A stretch of 64,000 bases of DNA from Octopus sinensis (Eukaryota): NCBI RefSeq assembly GCF_006345805.1, contig NC_043003.1, forward strand, positions 83,080,001 through 83,144,000, written 5' to 3'. The translations under genes and the position numbers were made by a program. Shown in pieces: positions 1-13,018 of the stretch (positions are counted from its first letter, which is position 1; each line of letters opens with the position of its first letter). The notes below the pieces were generated by a model. The model did no database searches. It had not been told where the DNA came from and saw only the letters and a program-made list of their open reading frames with translations.

Positions 1-480
1 GGATTGAGAGGGTCGTTGTCATGGTGCAATAGCCATTCACCAGACACATGCAATTTTCCGATGAATAGCATCTCGCAAACGTTGCAAGACACCTATGTAG
101 TACTCTTTGTTTACTGTCTGACCAGATGATGCATACTCATAATCAACAATCCTTTTCTAGTCTAAGGAAACGGTCATCAGTGTCTTGCGAGTCTCCCAGA
201 AAATTCTTCACTATCGACATTCTTCTTTGTTTTGCCATCCTGGAAACGTCTGAATCACTCGTGCACTTGTGTGCGGCTCATACACTCCTCTCCATACACT
301 TTCTCAACAAGTATCACTTAGTATTTGGCAAAATTTGATGCAAATTCTCTGCTCAATTTTCTCTGTCATGGTCAAAGCAACGATCACATGCTACACACGT
401 TCCTTCCAAGCACTGCTATAAACAGCGGAAGTGAGTTAGTATGTTAAAACTTAGTGAGGATACTTATTGATCATAGCACA
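1..480 (-). mobile_element. Mariner/Tc1 transposon remnant, internally deleted, running off the window start
   Basis: Minus-strand translation gives EQRICIKFCQ..EKVYGEECMSRTQVHE*FRRFQDG (N-terminal HTH), then after a deletion near 175 gives GQTVNKEYYIGVLQRLRDAIHRK and GEWLLHHDND (mariner HHDNA motif). A TIR-like GATCAATAAGTATCC lies at about 459-473. Confidence 0.85.
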
Positions 481-1169
481 TATTAACTTATAGATTTATG
501 TATTCCTGCATGCGCACAAATAAAAATGTATATGATTATTTAAATATGTAGATTTCTGGGAGTGGCTTCTCTACTCTGAACCATATAACATTATTTATGT
601 ACAGTTATCGTATGCAAGGTAAGTTTTTCATGTATTTAAATGCTTTACGAAATAAAATTTTTAAAAAGCCCTCTTCCCTTCAAAGGTACAGAGGAAGCTA
701 TAAGATGATGCACAAGCATTCAACCGTCTGTGCGTTGTCTTATACAAAGAACAGTAAGCTATTGAAGTCGATTATGCAATGTTCGTTCTCTTAACCAATT
801 CACACATGGACACATACATATACACATATATATATATACATATATATATATTACTTAATGTACACAGTATGTTACGAGCTACTAAAATTTCCTTGCGTTG
901 GAATCATAGTCTAGGCATATTTTTATAACATGCCTTGCGCCTCCAAGCAATCCTCAGACTCTCGACCTGTTCTATAAGATCTATATGGTAAACATGTCTA
1001 GATACATTTCTGCAAAGCAAGAGACTCTCAGTAGCTCGTATCTTTCTACTACGTTCATTGAATTATATTTACCTCTCACTGGATGGAGTACTTTTTTATT
1101 GATCTTACCTTAATGAGAGAGTAAATTATGTGCGTGAATGTGTTTGTGCGCGTGCATGTGTATACACAT

Positions 1170-2913
1170 TTTGTGAGAAAATTTAAGGAACTACACAGAG
1201 ACATGAAAGCTCAGTTAGTCTTTAATGGTGAGCCATCTCACTAATTTTCGATGGACAACGGTGTCGAACAGGGAGATATTCCTGTCCTTACACTTTTCTC
1301 TACTTATCTTACCTATTTCTTTATTACCCACAAGGGGCTAAACACAGAGGGGACAAACAAGGACAGACATAGGTATTAAGTCGATTACATCGACTCCAGT
1401 GCGTAACTGGTACTCAATTTATCGACCCCGAAAGGATGAAAGGCAAAGTCGACCTCGGCGGATTTTGAACTCACAACGTAACGCAGACGAAATACTGCTA
1501 AGCATTTCGCCCGGCGTGCTAACGTTTCTGCCAGCTCTACTTATCTTACCGCATTGCTTTGATATGCTTTGCAACAAGGGAATCGGAATCAGATTTCGGA
1601 TATCAGGTCGTATTTAATCTGACGTGATTTAACTGCAACGCAAAGACTTTCAAAACACTTGCTAAAGAATTACTTTACGCTGATGATGTTGATTTGTTGG
1701 CGCACCCAGAGGGGAATATGCAACATACAATGGCCAGATTTTCCACTGCATGTGTACATTTCGGACTCACATTTAGTCTTGGGAAAACCAAAGTAATGTT
1801 TACTCCTTCGCCAGGACAATTATATTCTGAAACAAACATTTTTGTGAATGAAACAAATCATTGACCCCTTTGTTTACCTTAGGAGTACACTATCAAGAGA
1901 TGATGGTCTTGATGCAGAGATATCCTATAGAATCGGAAAGGGAAGTGTAGCATTTGGAAAGCTCGAAAAGCGAGTATGCACGGATAGAGGTATTTTAATA
2001 CAGACAAAAATGTGTGCCTATAAAACGTGTGTATTGACTGCACTTCTTTACTCGAGTGAGATATGAAAATGCTAGAGAGATTTCATCAAAAGTAACTAAC
2101 ATGTATCTCGGGAGTCACGTGGAGATATTTCATAACAGATACAGAAATGTTGCGGATGGCACGCTGTAGGTCAATTGAACAGCATGTTATCTTGGCTCAA
2201 ATGAGATGAGTTGGACATGTTATTAGAATGAAAGATGAGCGATTGCGAAAGCGCTTTTTTTATGGTGAGCGTAACTCTGTTAAGCGACCAAAACATAAGC
2301 CGAGAGAAAGTTATAAAGGATGTGTGGTGGAAAAACTGAAGAAACTAGATATTAACAAAAGTAAATATTAATAAAGTAGGAAATTGATGTTATTGGTCGG
2401 AACGAGGGGAGAGGTGCTGTTAGGACTCGTTACAATGCTTGGAAGGAATAGATGTTTCAGCATTCTGAGCTTAAAATAGCCTGTCATAAAGGAACAATTG
2501 GAACTGAAATCAACAGTGAACATTGGATATGTATTATGTGTGAGCGCGTTCTGTTGGTAAAAGCAGGATAGTGAATCTCTGAAGTCACATGAAAATCGAA
2601 ATGCCCAGGTAGGTAGTAATCTTGAACACCAACCGCCTCTTACGGCTTGTGTCATATGTCACGAAACTGGTAATACAATATCTGGACTTAAAAGACAAAT
2701 GCTAGTTCACAAAATATTCCTTTTAATCAGATTCCAAAAAAGAAACTTGAATAATATCTGTCACTTGTGTTTTAATCCCTATCAGTCAGCAGCTGGTCTT
2801 AAATGTCATCTGAGGACTCAACAGCGGAGGGATTCTACTGTGTGATCGGATGTGGTCTACGTGTTGTTGTGACGGCTATCATCTGTCAAGATGAAGCAAT
2901 CTTGACAGATGAT
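1170..2913 (+). mobile_element. 5'-truncated, decayed RTE-clade LINE (RT domain to C-terminal Cys/His motif), interrupted by a SINE
   Basis: Fragments in order: NGVEQGDIPVLTLFS, GIGIRFRISGR, ELLYADDVDLLAH (YADD), FGLTFSLGKTKVM, FVYLRSTLSRDDGLDAEISYRIGKGSVAFGKL, GHVIRMKDERLRKRFFYGE, CHLCFNPYQSAAGLKCHLRT. Stops and frameshifts are present. Confidence 0.9.
1314..1537 (-). mobile_element. tRNA-derived SINE family A (young-tail subfamily) with target-site duplication
   Basis: Box A/B-like head (TGGCAGAAACGTTAGC; GAGTTCAAA), central GCCTTTCATCCTTTCGGGGTCGATAA, tail ending AATAAAGAAATA. TACTTATCTTACC is duplicated at 1301-1313 and 1538-1550. Confidence 0.92.
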
Positions 2914-5460
2914 GTATGCATACACTCACATAGAGTCGAGGGCATTTATAAGTAGCAGATGCATCTCTATACGCATCAAATTTCTTTGCTCTAGATACCA
3001 ATTTAGATGACACGTGTTTGATACTTTATCTAATATCAGAATCTTGATTTATACCTATATAACTCTGATATTTGTGAAATTTACTAATCTAGAACTAAAC
3101 CTTCATTGCATTTTATTTACCCTTCACTAAGTTCTAATTTTGTTGGTGATTCTTTGGTAATGAACTAAAAGCCTTCTTTTGCACTATCTGAAACAGGTTA
3201 TGTGGCAGTATATGCTGCCCCTTAAAATTGATTTATGGAAGTGACATGAAGTTATCATCGCTAAATAGCAAAGAGGTTTTCAAGATAACTTTGATGACAC
3301 TACTTAGAGCAGTAAGGTGTTCGTATTTATAAATTTATAGATATATGGATTGAATATTTAGGATTTAGTTACATACACAAATATAACCTGGTCATAAGGT
3401 ACGAAAAGCTGACCTCTCAATTAATTTTACTATACTTTATTAACTTGATCACTTGTATTCTCCCAAAGTACAGTAACCACTGAAGAGAAATCTTGACGTT
3501 ACGAAACATCAAAAAGGCTAAAACTCTCAGGTTATAGATTCCGATTTCATGTGTATTTTATATTTCCTTTTTTCCAACCTAATTGTTTTATTTTGTGCAA
3601 ATTTAATCTCAGAAGAAAACGAAATAGCTTCCTTCTGTCAACTATTCCTCGCTTCGTGAAAGCATAGATAGAATCATTATTGATTACATAATTCTTGCTC
3701 ATATGTCAAAATGTCATGTTATAATCCTAACCAATCGGATTTTGGATCTATCTATTAAATATTAGAAAACCAAGTCCCGGCACTGAGCCGAATAGACAGT
3801 TATTGTTTCATAAGATGAAAAGATATTATTACAGAAATCATTGGCTTTGACATGAAGTATCAATATTAAGTAGAGACAAAAAAATCATCTCTTTATAGAA
3901 TATATTTCCCCCAAGCATTTTGTAGAATACTCTTACATCATGAATGAAAAAATACCACAAGCCATAGCCTAAATTCAAGAACAGATAAATGTATCTATCT
4001 TTAATTGTATCAGTGTATCTAAATACTTTTGGAGAGAATATTTACAATGCTTCAATTCCTTCTATGAAATTATTAAATAAAGTAATATTGTTTAGAATAT
4101 CCGCAGAGGCCTGTGTCAATCTCAGATTTCCCTTAAAAGCCCCAATTATCTTCTCTTGATATAAACGGTTTTAATGATAAATTTTTCATGTTATTGCAAT
4201 CTATCTTCAGTTACATGACATTACTAACTCCATTTGTCTCTCTTTGTTTTTAATTCTATTGTATTCTTTCAGAAATGTCAAATGTTTTATTAATAGAATG
4301 AAAAATTGCCACTAACTTTTAATCACATTCATACAAAAGTTTGATACTGCCATACCAATTGTTTAGTATAAGCCTCCGGAGATTGTTTACCACGAGAGGG
4401 AAAGGAACAATGATGAATTTCTTAATACAATAATGTTGAAAAAAATACATCCCACTTGCAAAAATATCTCTATTATCAATATCGTTGAATAACGTATATT
4501 TATGTAAAACCGTTCAAAATCTTCCGAGACCGAAACTTCTAATCAGAAAAGCTAAATTGAAATGTACATAGAGGATTGTATTCTTGAAAGTGAGTAACGT
4601 AAGCTCTAAGTTTTGTTTTATCGCAATGAAATACAGCATAAATTTCTATATAAATCATATTTCGAAATATATTAACATATTTCATGTTTCAACAGTCTCT
4701 AGATTTATTGAAAAGATAAGACTGATAAGAAGATAGATTGTTAAAATGAAAATGGAAAATATCATAATTTACTGAGGTTTACTTCTCCTGTAAAGGAAAA
4801 GAACAGATTGCTGCTGGTAAACGTAGAATGTCTTTTTGAAACATTATACTACTTTTTTATTAACTGATACTAGGATGACGATAAATCATTCGTGGTATAT
4901 ATATATTTTCCGGTCGATTTTCAAAAGGGCACAGGGGAGAAGGTAGTGGAATATAGGCTCAGAAGTAACGTGTTCAAATAATCTGTTACACTCTCTTTGC
5001 ATTTCGAGAGAGAACGCTTTCAAATTTATTGTTTCAGTTACATTTATCTCTACTGAATTTTTCTTCTTAAGATGAATTACTATGTTAACCTAGTAACATT
5101 AACAGAAAAGTAATTCTTTCTTATTCGATTACTCGAACATATACTGCAAATTTATTATTTGATGGCAGATTACTTTAATACACACAGCACTAAAGTAAAA
5201 CATAAGCTTATTTTGTTTATGCAGGGTGCGAGAGGTATTTCAGCTCATATTTTGTAATTTAATAAAACAACTCTAATCTAGCGAAAACCAAATGTATATT
5301 AATAAAGAAAACTTATGCATATGTTTTCAAAAATCTTTTTTATAATATTATTCTATGAATCCGTCTTCAGCTTCGATTGCTGCTTCAATGCTATACCATA
5401 ATCTTTAATATGCTTGCACTAAATGGTCCTTATCTAATTCAGATATCACTCGGACACGGA

Positions 5461-5480
5461 CGCACACATACACACACACA

Positions 5481-5521
<41 letters not shown>

Positions 5522-5536
5522 CACACACACACACAC

Positions 5537-5584
<48 letters not shown>

Positions 5585-5738
5585 AGTTCAGCAAAAATTT
5601 AGATTCAGATGAATATGGTACTTAGGTTAAAGGCACAGGAATTTGGTATGGTATTATCCATATAAATCAAATGGGGTGATTATAATCAAAATAAGCAACA
5701 ATGATATCTACTTTGGGATATCCCTGTTGCTTATTTTG

Positions 5739-5812
<74 letters not shown>
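5461..5812. repeat. (CA)n/(TA)n microsatellites
   Basis: (CA)n+(TA)n at 5461-5584 and (TA)n at about 5740-5812. Confidence 0.95.
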
Positions 5813-5814
<2 letters not shown>

Positions 5815-8007
5815 CAATAACGAATTAAAAGCAACGCTTGCATTGGAAATGTTATCGACCGCACATACTCAAGGCATGTCTTGGTTCGCTGGTTTGCTGC
5901 CAACAGCGCTTGGGAAACGACTTCCTCATAAGGTTGGGTGCCAAAACACCTGAGACAATTCGCTACCAATCAGATTCAGGAATGGTAGATACCAATACGT
6001 CAGCATTTTTGTGGTTTATCAAGATCACGTACCTGACTCGAACCGGGAAATGAATCGAATTGCTGACCTAGGACTATAATAGATAGCGTACGAAATATTT
6101 TCTAGTATGCCCTGGCGATATAAACGTAAGATAAAATTCAGTAGCGAAGTAAAAGCAGCACTAGCTTACTGAAATGAAGGACTAAAAAAATTAGCAAAAA
6201 GGGGGAGAATAGAGAACAGGAAAGACACTCGCTCTAGCATACATATGCAGGCGAACTTCCACGAATATACGCAAACATACGCAGGCGCAAACGCATACAA
6301 AAATAAGCAGTGAGGCTGAAAGCTAGTTCCACCTGAAGAAAGGGTAGACTCCTTTGACGTCACATTAGATGCTACAACGATGGTAAATTAGTCTTGAAGG
6401 CAAAGTAAGAGGACAAAGCAATGGATCAGGACGTATAGACTATGCAAAGGTATGTGTGCATATGTATATGTATGTTTATATGTGCGTTTGTGCGCATGTG
6501 TGTTTGTTTGTGTGTCTGTGTGTTCGTTCATTAAATTAATATGACAGTAAAATGAATTAAAATATATTTAAGTTTACAAAGGGTTCAAAGAATAAAAAGA
6601 GAATTAGGTTGCTATTTTACTATTAACCACTCTAATGTAACAATATTCTGGTTTATATTCCAATGTATTTATTTTCATACGGTTCCTTTTAATTTAATGT
6701 CAAATGCTCACAATTTGATTAGATAACTTCATTGTCTCCAAGTATATCAAATTGCTCTCAGTAAAAATACATACAGTACGCACATACATTTTACACACAT
6801 ACAATCTTTTAGAAGATTTTTCTTTAAGTTACATAAGACTTTGATCAGATAACACTTTTGTTTCAAGATATACTATATTGCTCTCAGTAAAATTTGTATG
6901 CGTTAAATGCTCACGCTTACATATTATTGATATTGTACATCCCTTTAAATGTTATTTTTAGACATGTATTGTTATATTCATCGGTTATTATTAAACGTTG
7001 GCAAATGTAAAGTATTTTTTACATTATATTTAAACGTGTAAAATTTTTCTGTATCTATTTTATTTTAATCTACGCTTATGCTACCTTATAATTATTTCTA
7101 CTGTAACTTATATTCTACTGTATTCCTGTATACACATTTTCTTTTAATTTCGTATATAGTTTCTTTATTTCCTTTTTAATTACACCAAAATGCTCTTAGT
7201 AACAAATTGTATTTTACATTCATTACTTCAGCAGAATCTTACAAAACACAGTTAAATCTTTTCAAAGTAAAATAAGAATCAAAATGTAAATTTAATATAT
7301 ATTTTGTCTTATTTTCTTTATTTTAAAAACTGAAATTTTCTCGTTAATAATGTTCTGAATTATTGAGACTTTAGAAATTTTCTTTCCAATTTAATACCCT
7401 AAAACCATCACTCTTTAGATTTGAAAATTCTATATTGCAAGGACTTTGTGTAATATAGTGAACCCTAATATTTTAATATAAAAGGCCAATTTCAAGAAAA
7501 TAATTGTGGGAATCTGTGTTTTACAATAAGTGAAATAAGCACAATACACTCCAAGTTGGAAGGTGTGAAACAAGTACGCAGAGTGCGCTTCATATTATTG
7601 ATGAAAAGGCAAGTAGGATTTTAATTTAATGTGACAGTTTAATGACGAGAATAAATAATACAAGTAGAAAAATAAACGTTTTATAAATACGCAGATTTAA
7701 ATTTTTTAGTTTAGTTACAGAAAGCTTCAAATTTCATGCAGATGGACACCATCTGCATATATATATATATATATATATGTACATGTAGTTGATAGACCAG
7801 CAAGGGGAAGCGGCTGACCATCCCTGTTCGAAGGTTATAATGGACACAGATTCGTGTGTCACATAGCTAGTTCTTGGAGCTAATCAACGGCAGCATTCGT
7901 CTTGCTTTCCTGGACTGCCATGTTAGCTTGGCGATAGCTATTAATATATATATATATTGCGAGAGTGAGAAAGGGAGGGAGGGAGACAAAGAGACGGACG
8001 GACGGGA

Positions 8008-8305
<298 letters not shown>

Positions 8306-9135
8306 TTCACACATATGCATGTGTGTATGTGTGTGTATGTGTACAAACGCTAGGTTGTGTTGGACGAATGAGAGAGTATGGTTTACTGAGACTGAATTTC
8401 TAACTCTCGTTAGAGCACCGAGCAAAATGCCTAGCGTTATTATTGCCTGGTACTTAACATCCTCAATTTGTTGAGGTTTCCTGATATCCTGAAACTGCTG
8501 AGGTTTCCTTGGATTGTAAACCTTTCAAGTTCGATGAAATAAGGCATTTGTCGATTACATGCATCGATGGAAATGACGAACTCCAAGCACTCAAATATTG
8601 CAGGCTTGTGACTAAATTGAAAATCTTTGCACATGTATGTATGTATGTATTTATTCATGAATACATGTATAACCATCTGTTAGAAAAAGAATTTCCATTA
8701 GCTACTCACGACCGGAATTTGTCGTATTCATTTGTTATCATTTAGGAGACTGCATCAATCAAATCTATCTCTTATATTAGCCTATCTGTGACATACAGTA
8801 AAGATGTTGCCGAAAATTGTCGCTGAGAACGAAAACCATTACATTTGGCTCAACAGGGAGGATGTGTAGTGCAGCATGAATAAGCACTGAAGATGGTAGA
8901 AACATCTGGCCCAGAGTCGTAGAATTTGATTGAACTAAGCTCATGCTATGTCGGTGCTTTGTTGCTCTCATCATTTAGGTGGTCCCAGACAGCGCTGTCG
9001 TGGAAGGTACAGCAACGCCTATGGAACTGCTTTATAGCCTCAGGAGGCATCGACACTTACATTCGGAGAAGGACTAGAGCTTCACCCTCAACACAGAAGT
9101 GTTTTTCCTAAAGATGGTTCGTCTAACAGGCTTCC

Positions 9136-9350
9136 GATCTAGTCCATTTCACGTACAGATTGTTTAGTTAATTTCTTTTTTTAACTAAACACTTTGAAAC
9201 TTTGGATACTGGTAGAATGTGACACATAGAACAGGGTTTACTCTTAACGTTTTCCACAAAATTTTGTATTTTGAAGTTATTTCGTGTTCAAGTTGTCGTA
9301 TTTGGGTAACTTTAAACCACCAATGACGTGTATTCAACTGAAGAAGATCA
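9136..9350 (-). repeat. Interspersed repeat copy, inverted partner of 10335-10543
   Basis: The reverse complement aligns with 10335-10543 over about 210 bp, e.g. CATTCTACCAGTATCC(A/G)AAGTTTCAAAGTGTTTAGTTAA. Confidence 0.85.
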
Positions 9351-9558
9351 ATACAGCTGTATGAGAACAACAACGTCCGGGTCAGTTGACAAAACGATGA
9401 GTCTTTGACAACAGAAAAATTTAAACTGAAGATCTCCCCTAACAACACCCTTCTTTAATAACCAGAGATGTTTTTATAGCTACATTTGTGAGAATTTGTC
9501 CATCCATCTATCTGTATATGTGTGTATGTGTGCGTGTGTTTGTGTGTGTCTTTATATA

Positions 9559-9953
9559 TAAGTAGCTTGCTTACCAGCCACATGGTTGCGGGTTCAGTCC
9601 CACTGCGTGGTACCTTGGGCAAGTGTCTTCTGCTATAGCCTCGGGCCGACCAATGCCTTGTGAGTGGATTTGGTAGACGGAAACTGAAAGAAGCCCGTCG
9701 TATATATGTATATATATGTGTGTGTGTGTGTGTGTATGTGGTTTGTGTGTCTGTGTTTGGTCCCCCTACCATTGCTTGACAACCGATGCTGATGTGTTTA
9801 CGTTCCCGTCACTTAGCGGTTCGGCAAAAGAGACCGATAGAATAAGTACTGGGCTTACAAAGAATAAGTCCCGGGGTCGATTTGCTCGACTAAAGGCGGT
9901 GCTCCAGCATGGCCGCAGTCAAATGACTGAAACAAGTAAAAGAGTAAAGAGTA
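9559..9953 (+). mobile_element. tRNA-derived SINE family B (CORE/OR2-like), 5' clipped
   Basis: GGTTCAGTCCCACTGCGTGGTACCTTGGGCAAGTGTCTT head/core, internal (TA)/(TG) tract, GGGGTCGATTTGCTCGACT, AAAGAGT-repeat tail. Homologous to 37405-37858. Confidence 0.9.
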
Positions 9954-9994
<41 letters not shown>

Positions 9995-10334
9995 CACATA
10001 TTAATAATAGGCAGAAGTTACAGAGTGACAATGGCCAAATTCGTGTTTGATAAGTGCCAATACACGAAATTCTCAGCTTTCGACTTACTTTCTAACTTCT
10101 GCCAATGATATATGCACATACATATATGTGTACAAATATCTCATCACGCAATCGAACCAATGGAAGAACCTCTACCTGGTCGCTCGATACGCTAAATATA
10201 ACAGCCAATGTAACCCTCTAAATCACACGCCCATTGTACGTAATGTTCTAGACTATCCCTAAAAAGACAGTTTGCTGAAGGCTGGAATATCTTTGATGAT
10301 AGGTTCGTTGTATCAGGGTTTTTCTTCAGTAATT

Positions 10335-10543
10335 TTCTTCAACTGAATACATGTCATTGATTGGTTAAAATTACCCAAACACGACAACTTTAACACGAAA
10401 TATATTCTAAAATACAAAATTTTGTGAAAACACGTTAAGAGTAAACCTTGTTCTACGTGACACATTCTACCAGTATCCGAAGTTTCAAAGTGTTTAGTTA
10501 AAAAAAATTAATTAAACAATCTGTACGTGAAATGGAATAGATC
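10335..10543 (+). repeat. Interspersed repeat copy, inverted partner of 9136-9350
   Basis: See 9136-9350. Confidence 0.85.
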
Positions 10544-10614
10544 CTAGGTTTCTACCACACATTCAGTTTACATATTTCGAAGTTCCTGCGCAGTCCAATC
10601 GAACATTCATTAAA

Positions 10615-11175
10615 AGAAGATTGTTTATTTCTAGCTCGGAGCTAAGAAAACTAATTAGGAGAGTACAGGAGGCGGTCGAAAAATCCAACTTCTATATATG
10701 GCTGAAGCGGGAAGACCAAAAATGGCTTCAAAGTCATAACATGCCGGCAGGAAAATAACATCACTATGTGAGACAAGCTGACACTGAATTAGCCTCGCTG
10801 ATTGACAGGCGACGGTCTCGTTTAGAGAATGCGTGGGCTAAGACTACGCGCCTTCCTCGGTCAGTTAAATTTGAGACAGTGTCACGTAACAACTTGCTGG
10901 GGCTGCCTGCTGGAGTCTAGCAGCAGGTATTTAAAGGGGAAAAAATTGACAAGGCAGTTAATCGCCCGCTGACACTCGTTGCCGCTACATCGAAGAGGCC
11001 AGGGAACAGAAGAAAGAAGGAAAAGGAAGACATGCACCCAACACCAGAGCTGAAGACACCTCCGAAAGGGAGGGCACCACGTCAAAACGGTAGAGGAGTA
11101 GGGGCCAAAACCGGACGTGGTTCCTCCTGATGATGTCTTGAGCTAACTGGATCACCACGAAACACGGTTGAAATT
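10615..11175 (+). mobile_element. 3' end of an RLE-type non-LTR retrotransposon (HERO-like), heavily 5'-truncated
   Basis: SELRKLIRRVQEAVEKSNFYIWLKREDQKW resembles the HERO C-terminus (..AAEKAS.WLWLKR), followed by a GC-richer 3'UTR-like stretch. Family assignment is from recall. Confidence 0.55.
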
Positions 11176-11859
11176 CCTCAGATTAAGGAGCCAACTTCTA
11201 ATCTATTCATATGTAATAATAGTACCAGTCAGATTACAAACAATACCAGTAGTAGTAGTAGTTATAACAACAAAAACGATGATGATGAGCAGAGGAGGAG
11301 TGGTGGAGGAGAATGGCGACGACGACGGTGATAATGTCGATGAGGCATTCCGACGACAACGACAACGGCGCGGCGGCGATGATGGTGATGATGATAAGGT
11401 GGAGGAGGGGAGGAAGTGGAACATGAATGCAATGGCTATGATTCAAGCGTGTGATGATGTCGATGTTAAGTTAGCATGTCTTGTTTTCCGTTGTAATTAG
11501 CTAAGTTTCTGTTAGTGGCGGTAATAATGGCTGTTATTAGCAGTCGTGTTGGTAGCAGTTGTAGCACCTCCGTCCAGTTTAGGACCATCCTTTCCTTTCA
11601 GACATGTAGCGTTTAATCGGTTAATTCGGTGTAGTCAGTGTTGATATCTGGACATACTTTCAGCCATGATCGTCCTGTCTTCCTGAGAGTATATCTATCA
11701 CAACTTTACCCAACGCATTTTTCAATTCAGTAGGCTATGTTTGAGAAAGACTTGGGTTTTGTTTCTAGCAGGTACGCTGATCACAGAGAGGCCTACACGT
11801 TCTTTAGTGCCTACACGTTCCCATCGAGGCATCATCACCATCATCAGCAGCAGCAGCAG

Positions 11860-11910
11860 GATCATCATCACCATCATCATTATCATTATCATCATCATCA
11901 TCATCTCCAA

Positions 11911-11945
<35 letters not shown>
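11860..11945. repeat. (ATC/ATT)n and (AGT)n trinucleotide arrays
   Basis: Directly visible. Confidence 0.95.
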
Positions 11946-12480
11946 AATACGTATAAGACAAGGTTATCAGTTGCCATTAATGATTATGCCTCCATTAAAA
12001 TAATCCTAATGGTTACCAGCTGAATCAGGTAACAGCATTCTTTTAAAAAATGACATCCAGTGCGTTATCTGCAATGGCATATCCGTAACTCACGGCTGTA
12101 ATACCAGTCAAAATGTCAATAAAATTCAGCACCGTTAATTATATTTTTAAGTACAACACGGAAGTTAACTCTGGCATATAAACTGATTAACAATTCAATG
12201 GAGATGGCTCACTAGCTCTGCGCTAAATTTTAGTTGCAGAGAAAAATCTAGGTAGGTTTAGATTGTATTAAACCTTCTCGCAGAAGCATATTTAAACACA
12301 CTCTAACAGACCCTAGGCCGTGTCTAAACAAATACAGACATTTGCCTTAATTTTGATCCATGGTTAGTTAATTTGAAACAATAAACTTGTAGAGTTTTCT
12401 CTTGGATGTCTTCTCCATCGAGAATGTAGAAATCAGTATTGTAAAATATAAAGAAGTGTAAACATTACCCCTCCCCCTGA

Positions 12481-12905
12481 AGGCGGTGAGCTGGCAGAAT
12501 CGTTAGCACATCGGGTGGAATGCTTAGTGGTATATTGTACGTCTTCACACTCTGATTTCAAATTCTACCGAGGTCGACTTTATCATTTCATCCGTTCGAG
12601 GTCTATAAAATACGTAGAGTTGAGTATTGGGATCGATGTAATCGACTTTCCTGAAGTTGCTGGCCTTGTACCAATATTTCAAACCAATATTACACACCCC
12701 TAGAATGCGGCGAGCAAGCAGAATCGTTACCACGCCGAAAATTATTCTTGTAGCATTTCTTCTGACGCTACATTCTGATTTCCAATGCTGCCTGTATTCA
12801 CGTTGCTCTTCATTCTTCGGGATTGTTAAAACAAGTACCAATTCAGCACTGCGCTCGATGTACGTGACTTACTCACACCCCCAAAATTGCTGGCATTGTG
12901 CCAAA
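12481..12905 (+). mobile_element. Two tandem, diverged family A SINEs (old-tail type)
   Basis: GGCGGTGAGCTGGCAGAATCGTTAGCAC..GAGGTCGAC..GGGATCGATGTAATCGAC..GCTGGCCTTGTACC at 12481-12690. A second, more decayed copy lies at about 12707-12905. Confidence 0.8.
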
Positions 12906-13018
12906 ACCAATACTACATATAATATATTATGAGAAGAAATATCATGAAAATTAATGACCATTACTTGTCAAGAGTGGAACGATTGAAGATTCTAGATCTT
13001 GAAATTTTGATGAAGCCA

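Noticed and set aside
3600-4200. Protein-like minus-strand stretches (e.g. SKNYVINNDSIYAFTKRGIVDRRKLFRFLL)
   Set aside because: Broken by stops and frameshifts with no recognisable motif; may be AT-rich noise or very old TE.
6355-6362. Perfect CRE palindrome TGACGTCA
   Set aside because: A single 8-mer without supporting context; compatible with chance in 64 kb.
6392-6449. Plus-strand exon candidate LEGKVRGQSNGSGRIDYAK|GTATGT
   Set aside because: Poor acceptor; the peptide looks like a LINE C-terminal LEGKV.G motif.
9061-9107. Minus-strand exon-like segment EKHFCVEGEALVLLR with a GTAAGT donor
   Set aside because: It adjoins, and is probably part of, the interspersed repeat at 9136-9350; no homology recognised.
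11125-11195. CTGATGA..GAAAC hammerhead-like core in the HERO-like 3'UTR
   Set aside because: Stems I, II and III could not be paired in register, and there is no GUH at the right position.
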